From Nitrososphaera sp. (GTDB lineage Archaea > Thermoproteota > Nitrososphaeria > Nitrososphaerales > Nitrososphaeraceae): DNA of 60,533 nucleotides. Location of the stretch: the NCBI GenBank assembly GCA_036741615.1, contig DAINRW010000001.1, forward strand, positions 9,159 through 69,691, written 5' to 3'. Below the pieces are notes generated by a model. It was not told the DNA's origin, did not search any database, and was given only the letters and a program-made list of their open reading frames with translations. The position numbers and the translations under genes were made by a program. Of the stretch, positions 28,214 to 38,550 are shown in pieces. Every line of letters starts with the position of its first letter. Position 1 is the first letter of the stretch.

Positions 28214-28942
28214 CTATTCGTCTTGATCATCAAAGAGAGTCCTCTGCAATACTTGTTTGACATCATTGGAGGCATCAAGGACCTTACGCACTCGTTCTGC
28301 CCTTGTAAGACCAAATCCAGATATGATAGAAAGTTCTGCTGCAGAGGCGTTAAGCGCCCTAATTGGAGTATCGAATTTCTTGAGCATCCGGGCAGCAAGT
28401 TTCTCTCCTACTCCAGGCAAAGATGCAAGGACGGAAAGTTGTTGAATATAGATAGGATTATCTTTCTTAATTTTTCTCAGCAGGGGCCCTTTCGCCTTGC
28501 CTTCTCGCAAGCTCCTGTTGACTAGTGTAACTAGGAGCTGCGCCGTTTGTTCCGCCGAAGGCGTGTGAATAGTAGGAATTCTAAACTCCATAGCCACCGT
28601 GATAAGCGCATCGTATGCAAGCAGCATCCTCTCTGTAAAGGGCTTAGTATCGGCGTCTTCTGTATCCTCAGGAGTTTCAGCCAGCTCGGCGAGATTGCCT
28701 TGAACTATCAATAATGGCTTTTGATAGTACTTTACTAGATCAGAACACTGTATAAACAAGCGGCCATCATAAATTGAGCTTATCAAGTCACGCACAGTTT
28801 TGCGTTCTACTGCTGTTTCAGATGAAACGACATAATCACCTACCTTTAACTGTGTAAAGTCAATTATAGCGCCTGCATTTTTCAGAAGCTCAGGTATATT
28901 GCTATTCCTTTCTCTTTCGTCTACTACAATTCTGACAGACAC
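28214..28942 (-). CDS. xpf: Short-form XPF/ERCC4 endonuclease with (HhH)2
   Basis: VDERE, GDY, VERKT..DL..SI.DGRL..Q, LPGVG; C-terminal PIP-box-like QRTLFD. Confidence 0.93.
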   Translation of the reverse strand: MSVRIVVDERERNSNIPELLKNAGAIIDFTQLKVGDYVVSSETAVERKTVRDLISSIYDGRLFIQCSDLVKYYQKPLLIVQGNLAELAETPEDTEDADTKPFTERMLLAYDALITVAMEFRIPTIHTPSAEQTAQLLVTLVNRSLREGKAKGPLLRKIKKDNPIYIQQLSVLASLPGVGEKLAARMLKKFDTPIRALNASAAELSIISGFGLTRAERVRKVLDASNDVKQVLQRTLFDDQDE

Positions 28943-29157
28943 CTACATTATTTGTTTTAAACCGCTATAACAATATATTTCATAATCTAGCAGTGTCAAT
29001 TGTTACATTTTATAAGATACAGCTTTTGGCCCTTGTATATCAGTCTAGATCTCTCCACACTCGGAATATTTCTGAAATGAATCCTCTACCCCTACCTCGA
29101 AATCCAAGAAAATAGAGTTTTGAAAATTTATATTGGAAAGTCAAGCAAGGACAGGAA

Positions 29158-29568
29158 TTATCCCAATGTTCTTGGGCCACCTGCGCCAGATGATCCAGTT
29201 GGGGGAGAGCCACCAGCCTGCATACCGCGGATCATTTCGTTTATCTTGTTTTCAACTTCCTTTAGGTTTTCTTTTACTCTTGTCTCCTGCTTACCAAGAA
29301 CCATAACACGCGTATTTGACAGCTCCTTCTTCTCATCCAGCTCCTTCAGTACGTCTTCTTTTTTAGCTTTGATGAGCACAGAGCCTGCGTTCTTGTATAT
29401 TGCATCATCTGGGCTTGCTTTTTTCAATTCCTGAAGGGCCCTATCCGTCTCTGCGATTTCAACCTCCAGCTGTTGCTTTTGCATCATGATCGCCTGCAGA
29501 TTCTGTTGGAGTTGCTGTAACCGAGATACTTGTTCTCTTACCCAAGGGGGAAGTTCTTGTTCACTCAT
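29158..29568 (-). CDS. pfdB: Prefoldin beta subunit
   Basis: QELPPW, coiled coils, IYKNAGSVLIK hairpin; superoperon context. Confidence 0.95.
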   Translation of the reverse strand: MSEQELPPWVREQVSRLQQLQQNLQAIMMQKQQLEVEIAETDRALQELKKASPDDAIYKNAGSVLIKAKKEDVLKELDEKKELSNTRVMVLGKQETRVKENLKEVENKINEMIRGMQAGGSPPTGSSGAGGPRTLG

Positions 29569-29604
29569 AAATTGCTAAGGTATTCACATCAGGAGCATAT
29601 AAAG

Positions 29605-29847
29605 TCATACCGTCAGGCACTTATAAGATGCGTCTGCCAACCTTAAGTAAGAATTCACGCTTGCACGCAAAGATGCGATGTCACTAGTCTCAATTCTGAA
29701 AACAACATGGGTCGCTTTCAGTGAGAAAGATGTCTTATTGTCACTAGCTGGCATCATATGGAAGTCCGGAGCTAGCGCATGATAAATGCTTGCTGCTATA
29801 CGCGCGGATCTAGTAGTCACCCTGATTTTAGCTTTGAAACTTCTCAA
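29605..29847 (-). CDS. pcc1: KEOPS subunit Pcc1
   Basis: ALAPD, DIASLRASVNSYLRL. Confidence 0.9.
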   Translation of the reverse strand: MRSFKAKIRVTTRSARIAASIYHALAPDFHMMPASDNKTSFSLKATHVVFRIETSDIASLRASVNSYLRLADASYKCLTV

Positions 29848-30064
29848 GTTCTATATCATATGCCCCTGAGGCTATCTTGCAATTGCATTTAGGGCAATGC
29901 CAAATCCCAGCTGCCTGACGGCTGAACCTAATCGAACCACAGGATGGACATCTTCGCTTCTTGTGAAGTGTGCGATGAACCTTACCATAACGTTTGCGGA
30001 CTGTGGCCCCAAACTTAACCCCAAGTCCAGTGAGAGATGTTGAGGTTTTTTTCCTCTTAGCCAT
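29828..30064 (-). CDS. rpl37ae: 50S ribosomal protein L37Ae
   Basis: G.KFGATVRKR, CPSCG..R.AAGIWHCPKC..GAY. Confidence 0.95.
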   Translation of the reverse strand: MAKRKKTSTSLTGLGVKFGATVRKRYGKVHRTLHKKRRCPSCGSIRFSRQAAGIWHCPKCNCKIASGAYDIELEKFQS

Positions 30065-30881
30065 TGTTTACTACTAACTCCTTCAATCTTGCCCGTATCT
30101 CCTTTCCTTTAATTGTTGCTGCTTCTGCCGCCTTTTTAATCTGGTCTGGGGTGAATGAGCCAGTGTGTCCCTTCTGGGTCGCACAAAAACCCTCATCTGT
30201 GGTTGTTATAGTTATTCGTGAGTCCATGCAGGCTTCTTCTTCAGCGCTAGGATCCATCAGTACATAATCACCAATTCTTGCGGCGGTAGCTGAGACTGGA
30301 GTACTTGTTACAGGCATTGGTTGTGTTTTCCCACTGTCTACCACTTTTTGATCCTGCATTTCAAATATTGGCAACTTTGAGGTAAGCAGCGCTGCGACAG
30401 TAGCGTATGATGTCGCATCAAACAGGTTGCCGTCAGCATTGAGCACGCTGCAGTCAACAAATATTGTATATACTATCTTGCCAGGTACAAGCACTAGCTT
30501 TTCGAGATCAATCATCTCTGATTCTCTGACGCCTCTGTCGACAACCCTCGCAAGCTCAACCACCTCCTCATCTGGAGGACCGGGCTCAATATATGGCGAA
30601 GCCGTAGGCAGTACTTCTGCTGAAACAATTAAAGCGCCCTTGTTCTCAAGACCCTCGAAAGGCTCGCCTGTTTCGACTTTGACGCCAGCAATAACTTCGG
30701 TGTCACCTAGCTTTACCCTTGCAGAGCCATTTGCCTTCTTGATAACATCCGTCTCAATTTCTAGTTGCCTAGTTTCGCCAAAGTCTCTGCCATCAAGCCT
30801 CTTCCCCCTGGACAGAGCATCCCACATCTGCTGTTTGCGAAGGTGTTCAACGATTATGGTCGATCTCTTTGATGAACTCAT
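30057..30881 (-). CDS. rrp42: Exosome complex component Rrp42
   Basis: RLDGR, ANGSA.V.LG.T, EPGPPDE, ELARVVDRG.RES. Confidence 0.96.
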   Translation of the reverse strand: MSSSKRSTIIVEHLRKQQMWDALSRGKRLDGRDFGETRQLEIETDVIKKANGSARVKLGDTEVIAGVKVETGEPFEGLENKGALIVSAEVLPTASPYIEPGPPDEEVVELARVVDRGVRESEMIDLEKLVLVPGKIVYTIFVDCSVLNADGNLFDATSYATVAALLTSKLPIFEMQDQKVVDSGKTQPMPVTSTPVSATAARIGDYVLMDPSAEEEACMDSRITITTTDEGFCATQKGHTGSFTPDQIKKAAEAATIKGKEIRARLKELVVNNG

Positions 30882-31621
30882 TGTACCTCCTCCTTTAGTT
30901 CCGTTTCATTGCCAAAGTACTTTTGCATCAACGCTTGCTTTTGGATCTCATATACGATCTTGCAGCCGCCAATTGCCTTGTCAAGGCATTCGTTAAATTG
31001 CTCAGGCTCAAGCCTGCCGTCCAGTTGCAAAAGTGTTACCTGTTCTAGCCTAGGCATGTATGCGACAGGCATATCTGCTTGACCTTCCTTATCCTCTTCA
31101 TCGTTAATATCTAACACGATCCTGTTATCTACTTTACCTGCCGCACAGGAAGCCACTAGATCGTGCATACTGATACCGGCGTCTGCCAATGCAACTGAAG
31201 CAGCGGTGATGCCTGCACACCTAGAGCCACCATCAGATTGTAGCACCTCTACGAAAACATCGATCGCTGCCCTAGGATAATCCTGAAGCATCAGTGCAGG
31301 CTCTAGCGCCTCTCGCATCACCTTAGAAATCTCGACTTCCCTTCTGGAAGGTGCAGGATTCTTTCTCGTGTCCGTAGAGAATGGAACCATATGATAACGG
31401 CATCGAAGCACGCACCTGTCAGGAAGTGCCATGTGCTTAGGATGCACTTCTCGAGGCCCATATACCGCTGCTAGTATCTTGTTCTTCCCAAACTCAATGA
31501 ACGCCGAACCATCTGCATTTTTCACCGAACCTACGGTTATTTTGACAGCGCGTAGGTCGTCAATACCTCTTCCGTCTGTTCTTTTGCCATTTTCGTCTAT
31601 CAAATTTCTTGTCTGAGTCAC
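30878..31621 (-). CDS. rrp41: Exosome complex component Rrp41
   Basis: RTDGR, ADGSA, YGPRE, SRREVEIS, DGGSR. Confidence 0.97.
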   Translation of the reverse strand: MTQTRNLIDENGKRTDGRGIDDLRAVKITVGSVKNADGSAFIEFGKNKILAAVYGPREVHPKHMALPDRCVLRCRYHMVPFSTDTRKNPAPSRREVEISKVMREALEPALMLQDYPRAAIDVFVEVLQSDGGSRCAGITAASVALADAGISMHDLVASCAAGKVDNRIVLDINDEEDKEGQADMPVAYMPRLEQVTLLQLDGRLEPEQFNECLDKAIGGCKIVYEIQKQALMQKYFGNETELKEEVQ

Positions 31622-32412
31622 TTTTCTCCCTCAACCTCCAATTCTTCTTCCACCTCATCAATGGTGGATTCAATTTCTCCTGGTTTAGATGCCCCTGCGA
31701 CCAGCTGACCTCTCTCTTGAGCGGGGGCCGTGGGCGTATCTGGAACATTCAAAAGTCCTTTAATACGTTGCGTCAAGTTCGCGGTGTGTGCTTCCTCTTC
31801 TACCATTCTAATAGCCCTCACTGCCAAGTTTACTCCCTCTGGTGAACGGCCGGTCACGACTACAATTCCATTCTGACCTATTAGAACCCGCGTCTGAGTT
31901 GCTTGTTCTATTGTTTGGATCATGGAGCCGCGCTTGCCTATAAGGCGTGGAACCCGGGTAGCCGATATCCTAAGTAGCTCACCCCGAGGGATCTTTCCAA
32001 GGTCTCGATCTTGAACAGTAAGCATGGGGTCTCTGGTCCGATCAAATGCAATAATTCTTGCCGTTATCATATCGCCTATTGCAAAATGCTTTGTCATGTC
32101 ATCTCTTGCGGACGAAAAATCCCTTCCGAAGACATCTTGTGCAGGCAAATGAGCAGAAAAGCAGGAATTGATGTCTACTTCCCACGAGAGAGATGAGTGA
32201 TCTGTTATCTTGCCAATCACAAGGTCATTTACTCGTGGGATATACACACCTGATAGAGGAATAACCTTGACTCCATCGCGTCCAGTCTCTGCAATCCCAA
32301 TTCTGGTAGCGACGAGAGCATTTCCCGACCTGATAACGTTCATGAGTGGCCTAAAATTCCCCTCAGCAATCTTGTCTCCGGGGATGACGTATCTTCTCTT
32401 CACTTCATGCAT
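31618..32412 (-). CDS. rrp4: Exosome RNA-binding protein Rrp4
   Basis: VIPGD, YIPRVNDLVIG (S1), VPRLIGKRGSMI (KH), GQNG. Confidence 0.96.
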   Translation of the reverse strand: MHEVKRRYVIPGDKIAEGNFRPLMNVIRSGNALVATRIGIAETGRDGVKVIPLSGVYIPRVNDLVIGKITDHSSLSWEVDINSCFSAHLPAQDVFGRDFSSARDDMTKHFAIGDMITARIIAFDRTRDPMLTVQDRDLGKIPRGELLRISATRVPRLIGKRGSMIQTIEQATQTRVLIGQNGIVVVTGRSPEGVNLAVRAIRMVEEEAHTANLTQRIKGLLNVPDTPTAPAQERGQLVAGASKPGEIESTIDEVEEELEVEGEK

Positions 32413-32538
32413 GGCTCAAAGGCTCACCACTTGGGCAAAAAACCCTTCCGAAAGCGTATGGTCATTTTTCATCATATCCTTTTCTCTCCTTTTGCTGGTA
32501 GGTTATCCGCACTTATATTTTTAGTGTGGATACTTTGT

Positions 32539-33225
32539 CTAGTCTCCCTTCACTTGAGCCGATCCCTTTGTTACTGCCCCAAGCCGATCAAGAAATTGGC
32601 CTCTGATACTGGCATTTATATCAAGCATTGCTCTAAGTGACCCATCAGCAAGCCACTCCTCAGACCGGAGGTCGCCAGTTGACTTTAGCACACTATATGA
32701 CTGGGCTGCAAATTGTGGTGGGACCGTTACTGTCAGCTTAACGGTCTCTGACTTTAGCGGCAGTATCTTGCGGAGGGCATCTACTATTACTTTCGCTTGA
32801 TCATCCACCTTTCTGAATGGGTCTATAGGCACTCTCACTTCTTCCATTGCAGCCTCTATTCTCACAATTGGATGTGGCAAGTGTGTTTTGGGATCGACAA
32901 AGCTTCTGTTTATGAACTGCACTATCTGTCTTTTCTTCTCCTCAACCATCTTCCTTCGTTGGTCAGTGGTGAGGTTAAGCTCCCCTTTTGTGAGAATCTG
33001 CTTGGCAATATCTATCGAATCGGTGGTCTTGAAGTGCTTCATCATCTTCTCGCTTGATGCCCTCGAGCCTTTGTTGGCATCAGAGTAAATTTCATCTGAT
33101 ACGAGTGCACCTGAAATGTCTGATCTTTTGCCCATCTTGTATTCGAGTGCTGGATCCGGCTTGACCAACAGTTCAAATTTGTCGCCATCCAAAATGAGGC
33201 GTGCGACCGTAAATTTGTCTGTCAT
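32539..33225 (-). CDS. Ribosome maturation factor SBDS/Sdo1
   Basis: KFELLV, F.TTD, LTTDQRR, DPKT.LPHP..RIE.AM. Confidence 0.96.
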   Translation of the reverse strand: MTDKFTVARLILDGDKFELLVKPDPALEYKMGKRSDISGALVSDEIYSDANKGSRASSEKMMKHFKTTDSIDIAKQILTKGELNLTTDQRRKMVEEKKRQIVQFINRSFVDPKTHLPHPIVRIEAAMEEVRVPIDPFRKVDDQAKVIVDALRKILPLKSETVKLTVTVPPQFAAQSYSVLKSTGDLRSEEWLADGSLRAMLDINASIRGQFLDRLGAVTKGSAQVKGD

Positions 33226-33311
33226 CTAATGAGATCATCCATTTCCGGAATATATATGCCTGTCAAGGCGCATGATGCAGAATTTTTGCAACTTTCGGTA
33301 GATTTTTAAGG

Positions 33312-33992
33312 TTGTTTTGGATAGTTGTTAGAATATTGGTTTCTGCGTCCGCTGAGATTGTCGAAAAAACGAATGAAAGGATTGTTGTCAGGTTTAACAA
33401 TATCCCAAGGCAATATGTAAATTCTCTAAGGAGGTTGGCGATAAGCGAAGTTTCGACCCTTGCAATAGATGATGTCGTGATACTTGAAAATTCATCCGTT
33501 ATGCACGATGAAGCCGTCGCACATAGACTTGGGCTAATTCCGCTTCGCACTGATCCTGGCAGATTCGTAATGCCTCATGATTGCGACTGCAAGAGCACTC
33601 TTGGATGCAGCAGGTGCAGAGTTCTTTTGGTTCTTGATGCCGAGGCAAACGAAAAGACTGTGGGTGTGGCCTCAGGCGAGCTCGTATCAGAAGATGAGAC
33701 GGTTAAACCCGTAAGTAAAGACATTCCCATTGTGGTCTTGGCACCAAATCAGAAATTGAAATTTGAAGCATACGCGAGGCTAGGGACTGGCAAAGATCAC
33801 GCGAAGTGGCAGCCGACTTCCGCAGCAGTAGTAAAAGATGGCGAGAAGGAGGATGAGACGATACTCATACTAGAGTCAAATGGCGCACTTACTGCAGAAG
33901 AGATATTGCTGGCTGCAGGGGAGCGACTTTTTGCAAAAATTAAAAGCTTCAAACAGTTGGTATCCTCGCTGAAGGTTCCAAAGAGCGCCTAG
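33312..33992 (+). CDS. rpoD: RNA polymerase subunit Rpo3 (D)
   Basis: NSLRR.AISEV, ENSSVMHDE.VAHRLGLIP, G.GKDHAKWQP; start may be ~33337. Confidence 0.96.
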   Translation: MFWIVVRILVSASAEIVEKTNERIVVRFNNIPRQYVNSLRRLAISEVSTLAIDDVVILENSSVMHDEAVAHRLGLIPLRTDPGRFVMPHDCDCKSTLGCSRCRVLLVLDAEANEKTVGVASGELVSEDETVKPVSKDIPIVVLAPNQKLKFEAYARLGTGKDHAKWQPTSAAVVKDGEKEDETILILESNGALTAEEILLAAGERLFAKIKSFKQLVSSLKVPKSA

Positions 33993-34203
33993 ACATGGGG
34001 ATTTGATACCAGGGTATTAGTTCATACCCGTACTTTCCCAGATCTAGCTGCAGGCGATGCAATTTGGCTTTCACTCACATTACTAGTCATAGGATATGCA
34101 GGCAGGCGAATTAAAACGGAAATGAGCTGATCAATCGTTGGCTGCAAGGATACCAAGCCATTACATTTATTTGGGGACTTTTTAATACGACTTTATATTA
34201 CAG

Positions 34204-34554
34204 ATGTTTGCCCAGACAGCGATTGATAGTACAATTTGGACCCTTCGCAATGCCTTTAAGAAGAGCAAGGCACCGATATGGAGAGCATTGCAGCAGGAGC
34301 TTGAGGGTCCCAGGTCCAATCGACGTGAGATTAATCTCAGCAGGCTTGCTCAAATAACCAGGGCCGATGAGGTCGTAGTGGTTCCAGGTAAAGTTCTCGG
34401 AACTGGAAGCCTTGGTCACAAGCTGACCGTTTGCGCCTTTTCAATATCACAAGGGGCCGCTAGAAAAATTATAGATTCAGGCGGCAAGGTTGTGACATTT
34501 GACGATTTGATAAACGTGCACCCCGATGGCAGAGGAGTGAGGATAGTTGGCTGA
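34204..34554 (+). CDS. rpl18e: 50S ribosomal protein L18e
   Basis: APIWR, REINLSRL, VVPGKVLGTG. Confidence 0.96.
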   Translation: MFAQTAIDSTIWTLRNAFKKSKAPIWRALQQELEGPRSNRREINLSRLAQITRADEVVVVPGKVLGTGSLGHKLTVCAFSISQGAARKIIDSGGKVVTFDDLINVHPDGRGVRIVG

Positions 34555-35014
34555 GCAAAAAGCAGTCCAGCATCATAACAAGACCACGATAGTAGTCGAC
34601 GCGACTAACTGCATTGCCGGTAGGATGTGCTCACACGTGTCCAAGTTATTATTGGAAGGTAATAGAGTAGCAATCGTCAATGCAGAGAAGGCAATGCTAT
34701 CGGGTAACAGGTACAAGACAATTGATTCATACAAAGAACATTTGGAGATCAACTCCGTGACCAATCCTATTCATGGTCCGTTTCATCCACGCAGGCCGGA
34801 TACCATCTTGTCTAAGATGGTAAGAGGGATGGTGCCAAAGCGTAAACCAGACGGCATAACTGCATTTAAGCGTCTGAGGGTATATATGGGAGTTCCTGAA
34901 GATATGAGAGGCGCCGACATGAAATCATTTGATGACTCAAAGATTACAAAACCAGAATCTTACTATATTTCTCTCGGCGAAGTTGCCAAGCAGATAGGGT
35001 GGAAGGGAGAATGA
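34547..35014 (+). CDS. rpl13: 50S ribosomal protein L13
   Basis: VDA...AGR..S, NAEKA, GPFHPRRPD, VRGMVP. Confidence 0.96.
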   Translation: MAEQKAVQHHNKTTIVVDATNCIAGRMCSHVSKLLLEGNRVAIVNAEKAMLSGNRYKTIDSYKEHLEINSVTNPIHGPFHPRRPDTILSKMVRGMVPKRKPDGITAFKRLRVYMGVPEDMRGADMKSFDDSKITKPESYYISLGEVAKQIGWKGE

Positions 35015-35457
35015 TAAATAAGGTAGAGCTATATCCAGGGCAGCGCAAGACGAGCAAGGCCGTCGCCACCATTTCCAAGGGTACTGGCAAGGTGAGGATG
35101 AACAATAGGCCGGCAGAAATGGTGACACCGGAGATCGCAAGAGAGCTCCTCCTTATGCCGCTTACTCTCATCGGTGAATTGCGCAACAGGATAGATGTCG
35201 ACGTGCAAGTCCACGGTGGTGGCTTTATGGGACAGGCTTTCGCAGGTGCAGTGGCAATATCACGTGCCCTTACAGGCCAAGAAAAGGGAGGCAAGGATCC
35301 AAAGGAACATCCTCTAACTAGAAGTATCAGAGAGGAGATAAGAAAAAAGATAACAGAATATGACAGGCACCTGTTATCCGGAGACAGCAGGCAGACAGAA
35401 TCGAAGAAATTTGGCGGTCCTGGCGCACGACGCAGAAAACAAAAGTCATACCGTTAA
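35011..35457 (+). CDS. rps9: 30S ribosomal protein S9
   Basis: RKTSKA.A, VHGGG.MGQA, ESKKFGGPGARRRKQKSYR. Confidence 0.97.
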   Translation: MINKVELYPGQRKTSKAVATISKGTGKVRMNNRPAEMVTPEIARELLLMPLTLIGELRNRIDVDVQVHGGGFMGQAFAGAVAISRALTGQEKGGKDPKEHPLTRSIREEIRKKITEYDRHLLSGDSRQTESKKFGGPGARRRKQKSYR

Positions 35458-35506
35458 ATTCTCCTTTTGAGATAGAGCCTCTGTCATATCTGTTGACCTA
35501 ATATCT

Positions 35507-36352
35507 TTACCCTAGTCCATCGTTCATCGAATACACTCTATAGATCTGGCCAGTATGCCTATCCGTATACCTCCATTCATCTGTACTAAATTTGACCTCG
35601 TTAAAACTTCCTTTGATTGACGGATGTAACATCTCATATACATATTGCCCAATTGAGACTCTGTTAGCCCCTGTGAGCGATGTTATTTTAGCTGCTATGT
35701 TCATGCAGTAGCCAAGAATGTCAATTTGTGAGCTTCGGTCATGACCGTACTGCACGATGACATTCTCGCCCTCGTCCATCCCTATCTTAACATTTAGCTC
35801 AGGGTAATCATATTGATTAAGAATTGGATTTATACCATTTTTTACTACCGTAAGCATCGACTTAGAACATTGTACTGCCCTATCGCATGCAAGCAGTTTG
35901 TTATAGCTAGCAGGAAAGAACGAAATAACAGCGTCTCCCACGTATTTGAGTACGTAACCTTTGTGGTTGTAAATAACCTGCGAGATTTCATACGTAAAAG
36001 CCCTTATTATAGTAGTCAGTTTGTCAGCAGGTAACGTCATGCTCATATTAGTTGACCCCACCAGGTCGGCATACATTATCACAAGAGGCAGCTTTGTGCT
36101 AACATGGTTTAAAAGGAATTCTTGGCCTGGCTGAAGCGATACATCGTACTGAAAACGACGTTTGAGCGCACGCCATATCCTATCTTGAGTCTGGGAGACA
36201 AGGGTTTCAGAGTCAACTATTTTGGCTTGTTCTCTATTAGTGTTATCGTTGTTCATCATCATATCGAAAAGATCCTTGCTGACACCGCTACCCCCATTGC
36301 CGTTCTTCTGCTCTTTTGCTGCAGGCAAGTCTGAGTTGACTTTAGGGTGCAT
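35507..36352 (-). CDS. Class III adenylate/guanylate cyclase
   Basis: YADLVGST, KYVGDAV, KIGMDEG, DILGYCMNIAAKI. Confidence 0.92.
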   Translation of the reverse strand: MHPKVNSDLPAAKEQKNGNGGSGVSKDLFDMMMNNDNTNREQAKIVDSETLVSQTQDRIWRALKRRFQYDVSLQPGQEFLLNHVSTKLPLVIMYADLVGSTNMSMTLPADKLTTIIRAFTYEISQVIYNHKGYVLKYVGDAVISFFPASYNKLLACDRAVQCSKSMLTVVKNGINPILNQYDYPELNVKIGMDEGENVIVQYGHDRSSQIDILGYCMNIAAKITSLTGANRVSIGQYVYEMLHPSIKGSFNEVKFSTDEWRYTDRHTGQIYRVYSMNDGLG

Positions 36353-36399
36353 TCCATTTAAACGTGAATATATTAAACAGTAAGATACACCGTCTGACT

Positions 36400-37263
36400 A
36401 TGAGAGCACCCTTTAAAGGAGACGATTATTTTTCCCGGCAAATAAATACAGCAACCGAGAGGGTGCAAGAGGCTTTTCTTGGTGCTATAAAACCTTCCAT
36501 TGTATTGCGCCATGGAAATGCAATGCTAGGTGACGGCACAATAACTCAGGCTGGCACTTTTGATCTGCGGAAAGTACAGGACTTCTACGAACGTCTTGGG
36601 AATGCATTCGAAGGTTGGACGTTTAGCGGGGTCCTCCAATCAGCTACAGAAGATCTGCACAGGATATACTGCACATTTACGAAAGAAACTGACCAGTTTT
36701 ACATGAGTGTTTATTTCGGCATTCAATTCCACGTCTTACTTTACTATAGGGTAGATAGCCAGGTCATTGATATCCGGAAGGAGCTTATAAAACTCGAAGA
36801 CACTGCCGCATCAGTTTCAGACAACATGACAAGCGCTGCTGATAAAATGCTTGCTACGGAATTGGAAAAAAGAGGCTTTAAGAACTTAGGCTTCGACGAA
36901 CTTTTTGCAAGAATGTTTGAAGACGAAAGGCTTGTTGAGCAGCTTAGTGAAAAGACAGCTGTCGTAGAAGATCAATTTCCAGAGTTTAGAGACGCCCGCA
37001 GCAAGAAAATCGAGCTTCTTTCAAAATTAAATGCTCTACTCGTGGAATTTTATATGACTTCACCTGTCCTAATTGATTATAATAGACTGATGCAAGGCGA
37101 AGAAGGGGTCACTAACTACTTTGATATTGAGATCCTAAAGAACAGGAAGTCTAAAAAAAGGGAAGCATTTCTTGACACCGCAAAGATAACAGAAGAGGCG
37201 ACTGACATGTTGTCGAGGGAGGTCGGCGCTGTTGAAGAGATACTGCATAAGATGACACGCTAA
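36400..37263 (+). CDS. Hypothetical protein with coiled-coil segments
   Basis: Long ORF divergent from the cyclase; ATG at 36400 preferred. Confidence 0.75.
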   Translation: MRAPFKGDDYFSRQINTATERVQEAFLGAIKPSIVLRHGNAMLGDGTITQAGTFDLRKVQDFYERLGNAFEGWTFSGVLQSATEDLHRIYCTFTKETDQFYMSVYFGIQFHVLLYYRVDSQVIDIRKELIKLEDTAASVSDNMTSAADKMLATELEKRGFKNLGFDELFARMFEDERLVEQLSEKTAVVEDQFPEFRDARSKKIELLSKLNALLVEFYMTSPVLIDYNRLMQGEEGVTNYFDIEILKNRKSKKREAFLDTAKITEEATDMLSREVGAVEEILHKMTR

Positions 37264-37664
37264 TGCATATCATGTTATCAGTCGAGGATTAAGCTGCTTA
37301 GAATAAATGTACAATAGATAAGAGTGACCCAGACAAACGGCGGATGCATTACAAGGCTAGCGAAGAAAGATTCGGGTCTGAGACTTCCAAAATAAAAGAA
37401 CAATAGACGACTTGCGGAAAAAAAACCACATTAGTAATTCTAAGGAAATATGCTACTCTCCTCCAGTGACTATTCTCCTGGACGGCTGGGATGACTCTAT
37501 AGATTGAAGTCTAGTCTCCCATCAGTAAAAAGTAATAACTTTTCAATATCCATCAGTTGCACTACGATCGAAAGATATATTGTATTATAAGCCCGAAGAG
37601 TACCATACTAAATGTATAATATTGATTATTGCTACACAGCAGAGCAAGTATATGTTGTCAATAG

Positions 37665-38276
37665 TCAGATTTCATTTATCAGCTCAGTCAGTTTTCTTTT
37701 TGGCTTAGGATGCAGCATCTTTTGCGAATAACCAAGACACAAGATAACTGCAGGGGTAAGATCAGTGACTAGTGCCTGCATCACCTTTTGCTCGTCTATC
37801 ATACCAATCCACACGGACGTGAGACCTAGTGCATGGGCCGCAAGCTGTGCATAAGCGGCTGCAAGGGTTGCATCCTGGACAGAGAACTTTTTGATTATAT
37901 GAGGAGGAAAATTCATCTTGACTCTTGACGGATTCATACAAAACACTAGCACTACTGGTGCGTTCACATACGGCTGGTTGTTTGCAGCCTGGACCAATTT
38001 GAGCTTGACATCGAGATTCTTCACGTGATAAACTTCGAAGCCCTGAAAGCCTCCTGCGGTTGGGGCAGTATCAGCCGCAGCAAATATCATTTCAAGCTTC
38101 CAATCCTCTATTTCACGATCCTCAAACTTACGTTGTGATCGGCGATTCAGCATCACATTGAAGAGATTTGTCTGTAGAATATCGTCCATTTCTGAAGGTG
38201 CCTCTTCTTTCTTGGGATAGAGTTTAGTACTGCTATCTCCTGCATACATTCTCGAAAATATATCGCTGGGATACAT
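37665..38276 (-). CDS. Nitroreductase family protein
   Basis: RRSQRKF, APTAGG.Q, LAAHALGL.SVWIG; start moved to avoid overlap with the divergent ORF. Confidence 0.9.
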   Translation of the reverse strand: MYPSDIFSRMYAGDSSTKLYPKKEEAPSEMDDILQTNLFNVMLNRRSQRKFEDREIEDWKLEMIFAAADTAPTAGGFQGFEVYHVKNLDVKLKLVQAANNQPYVNAPVVLVFCMNPSRVKMNFPPHIIKKFSVQDATLAAAYAQLAAHALGLTSVWIGMIDEQKVMQALVTDLTPAVILCLGYSQKMLHPKPKRKLTELINEI

Positions 38277-38367
38277 CCAACTATTAGATACGTGGACATC
38301 CAATAAAGATTTTCTACGATAATGTAAGACTGAAATAGAGTCTTCAGGCAGGTATAGCCATCGGCAA

Positions 38368-38550
38368 ATGGTTAAAACGAAAAAAATGATACTTGAAGTG
38401 CAGATAGAGATCGATATTCCAGATGACATCATTCAAGACAACCATAGGATAAAAGCTGTAGAGGACGGCCTTAGTCGTAGCATTTCAAAGGGCTTGTATG
38501 ATCAGGGAGTGTCATTTGAGATAAAAAATTGCAGTACGAAGATAAAATAA
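38368..38550 (+). CDS. Small hypothetical protein
   Basis: 60-aa ORF with a plausible beta-alpha-beta pattern, divergent from the nitroreductase. Confidence 0.6.
   Translation: MVKTKKMILEVQIEIDIPDDIIQDNHRIKAVEDGLSRSISKGLYDQGVSFEIKNCSTKIK

Noticed and set aside
30427..30996. 189-aa plus-strand ORF, and similar antisense ORFs such as 9427-9906, 53698-54249 and 15626-16000
   Set aside because: Ser-rich shadows lying opposite well-supported genes
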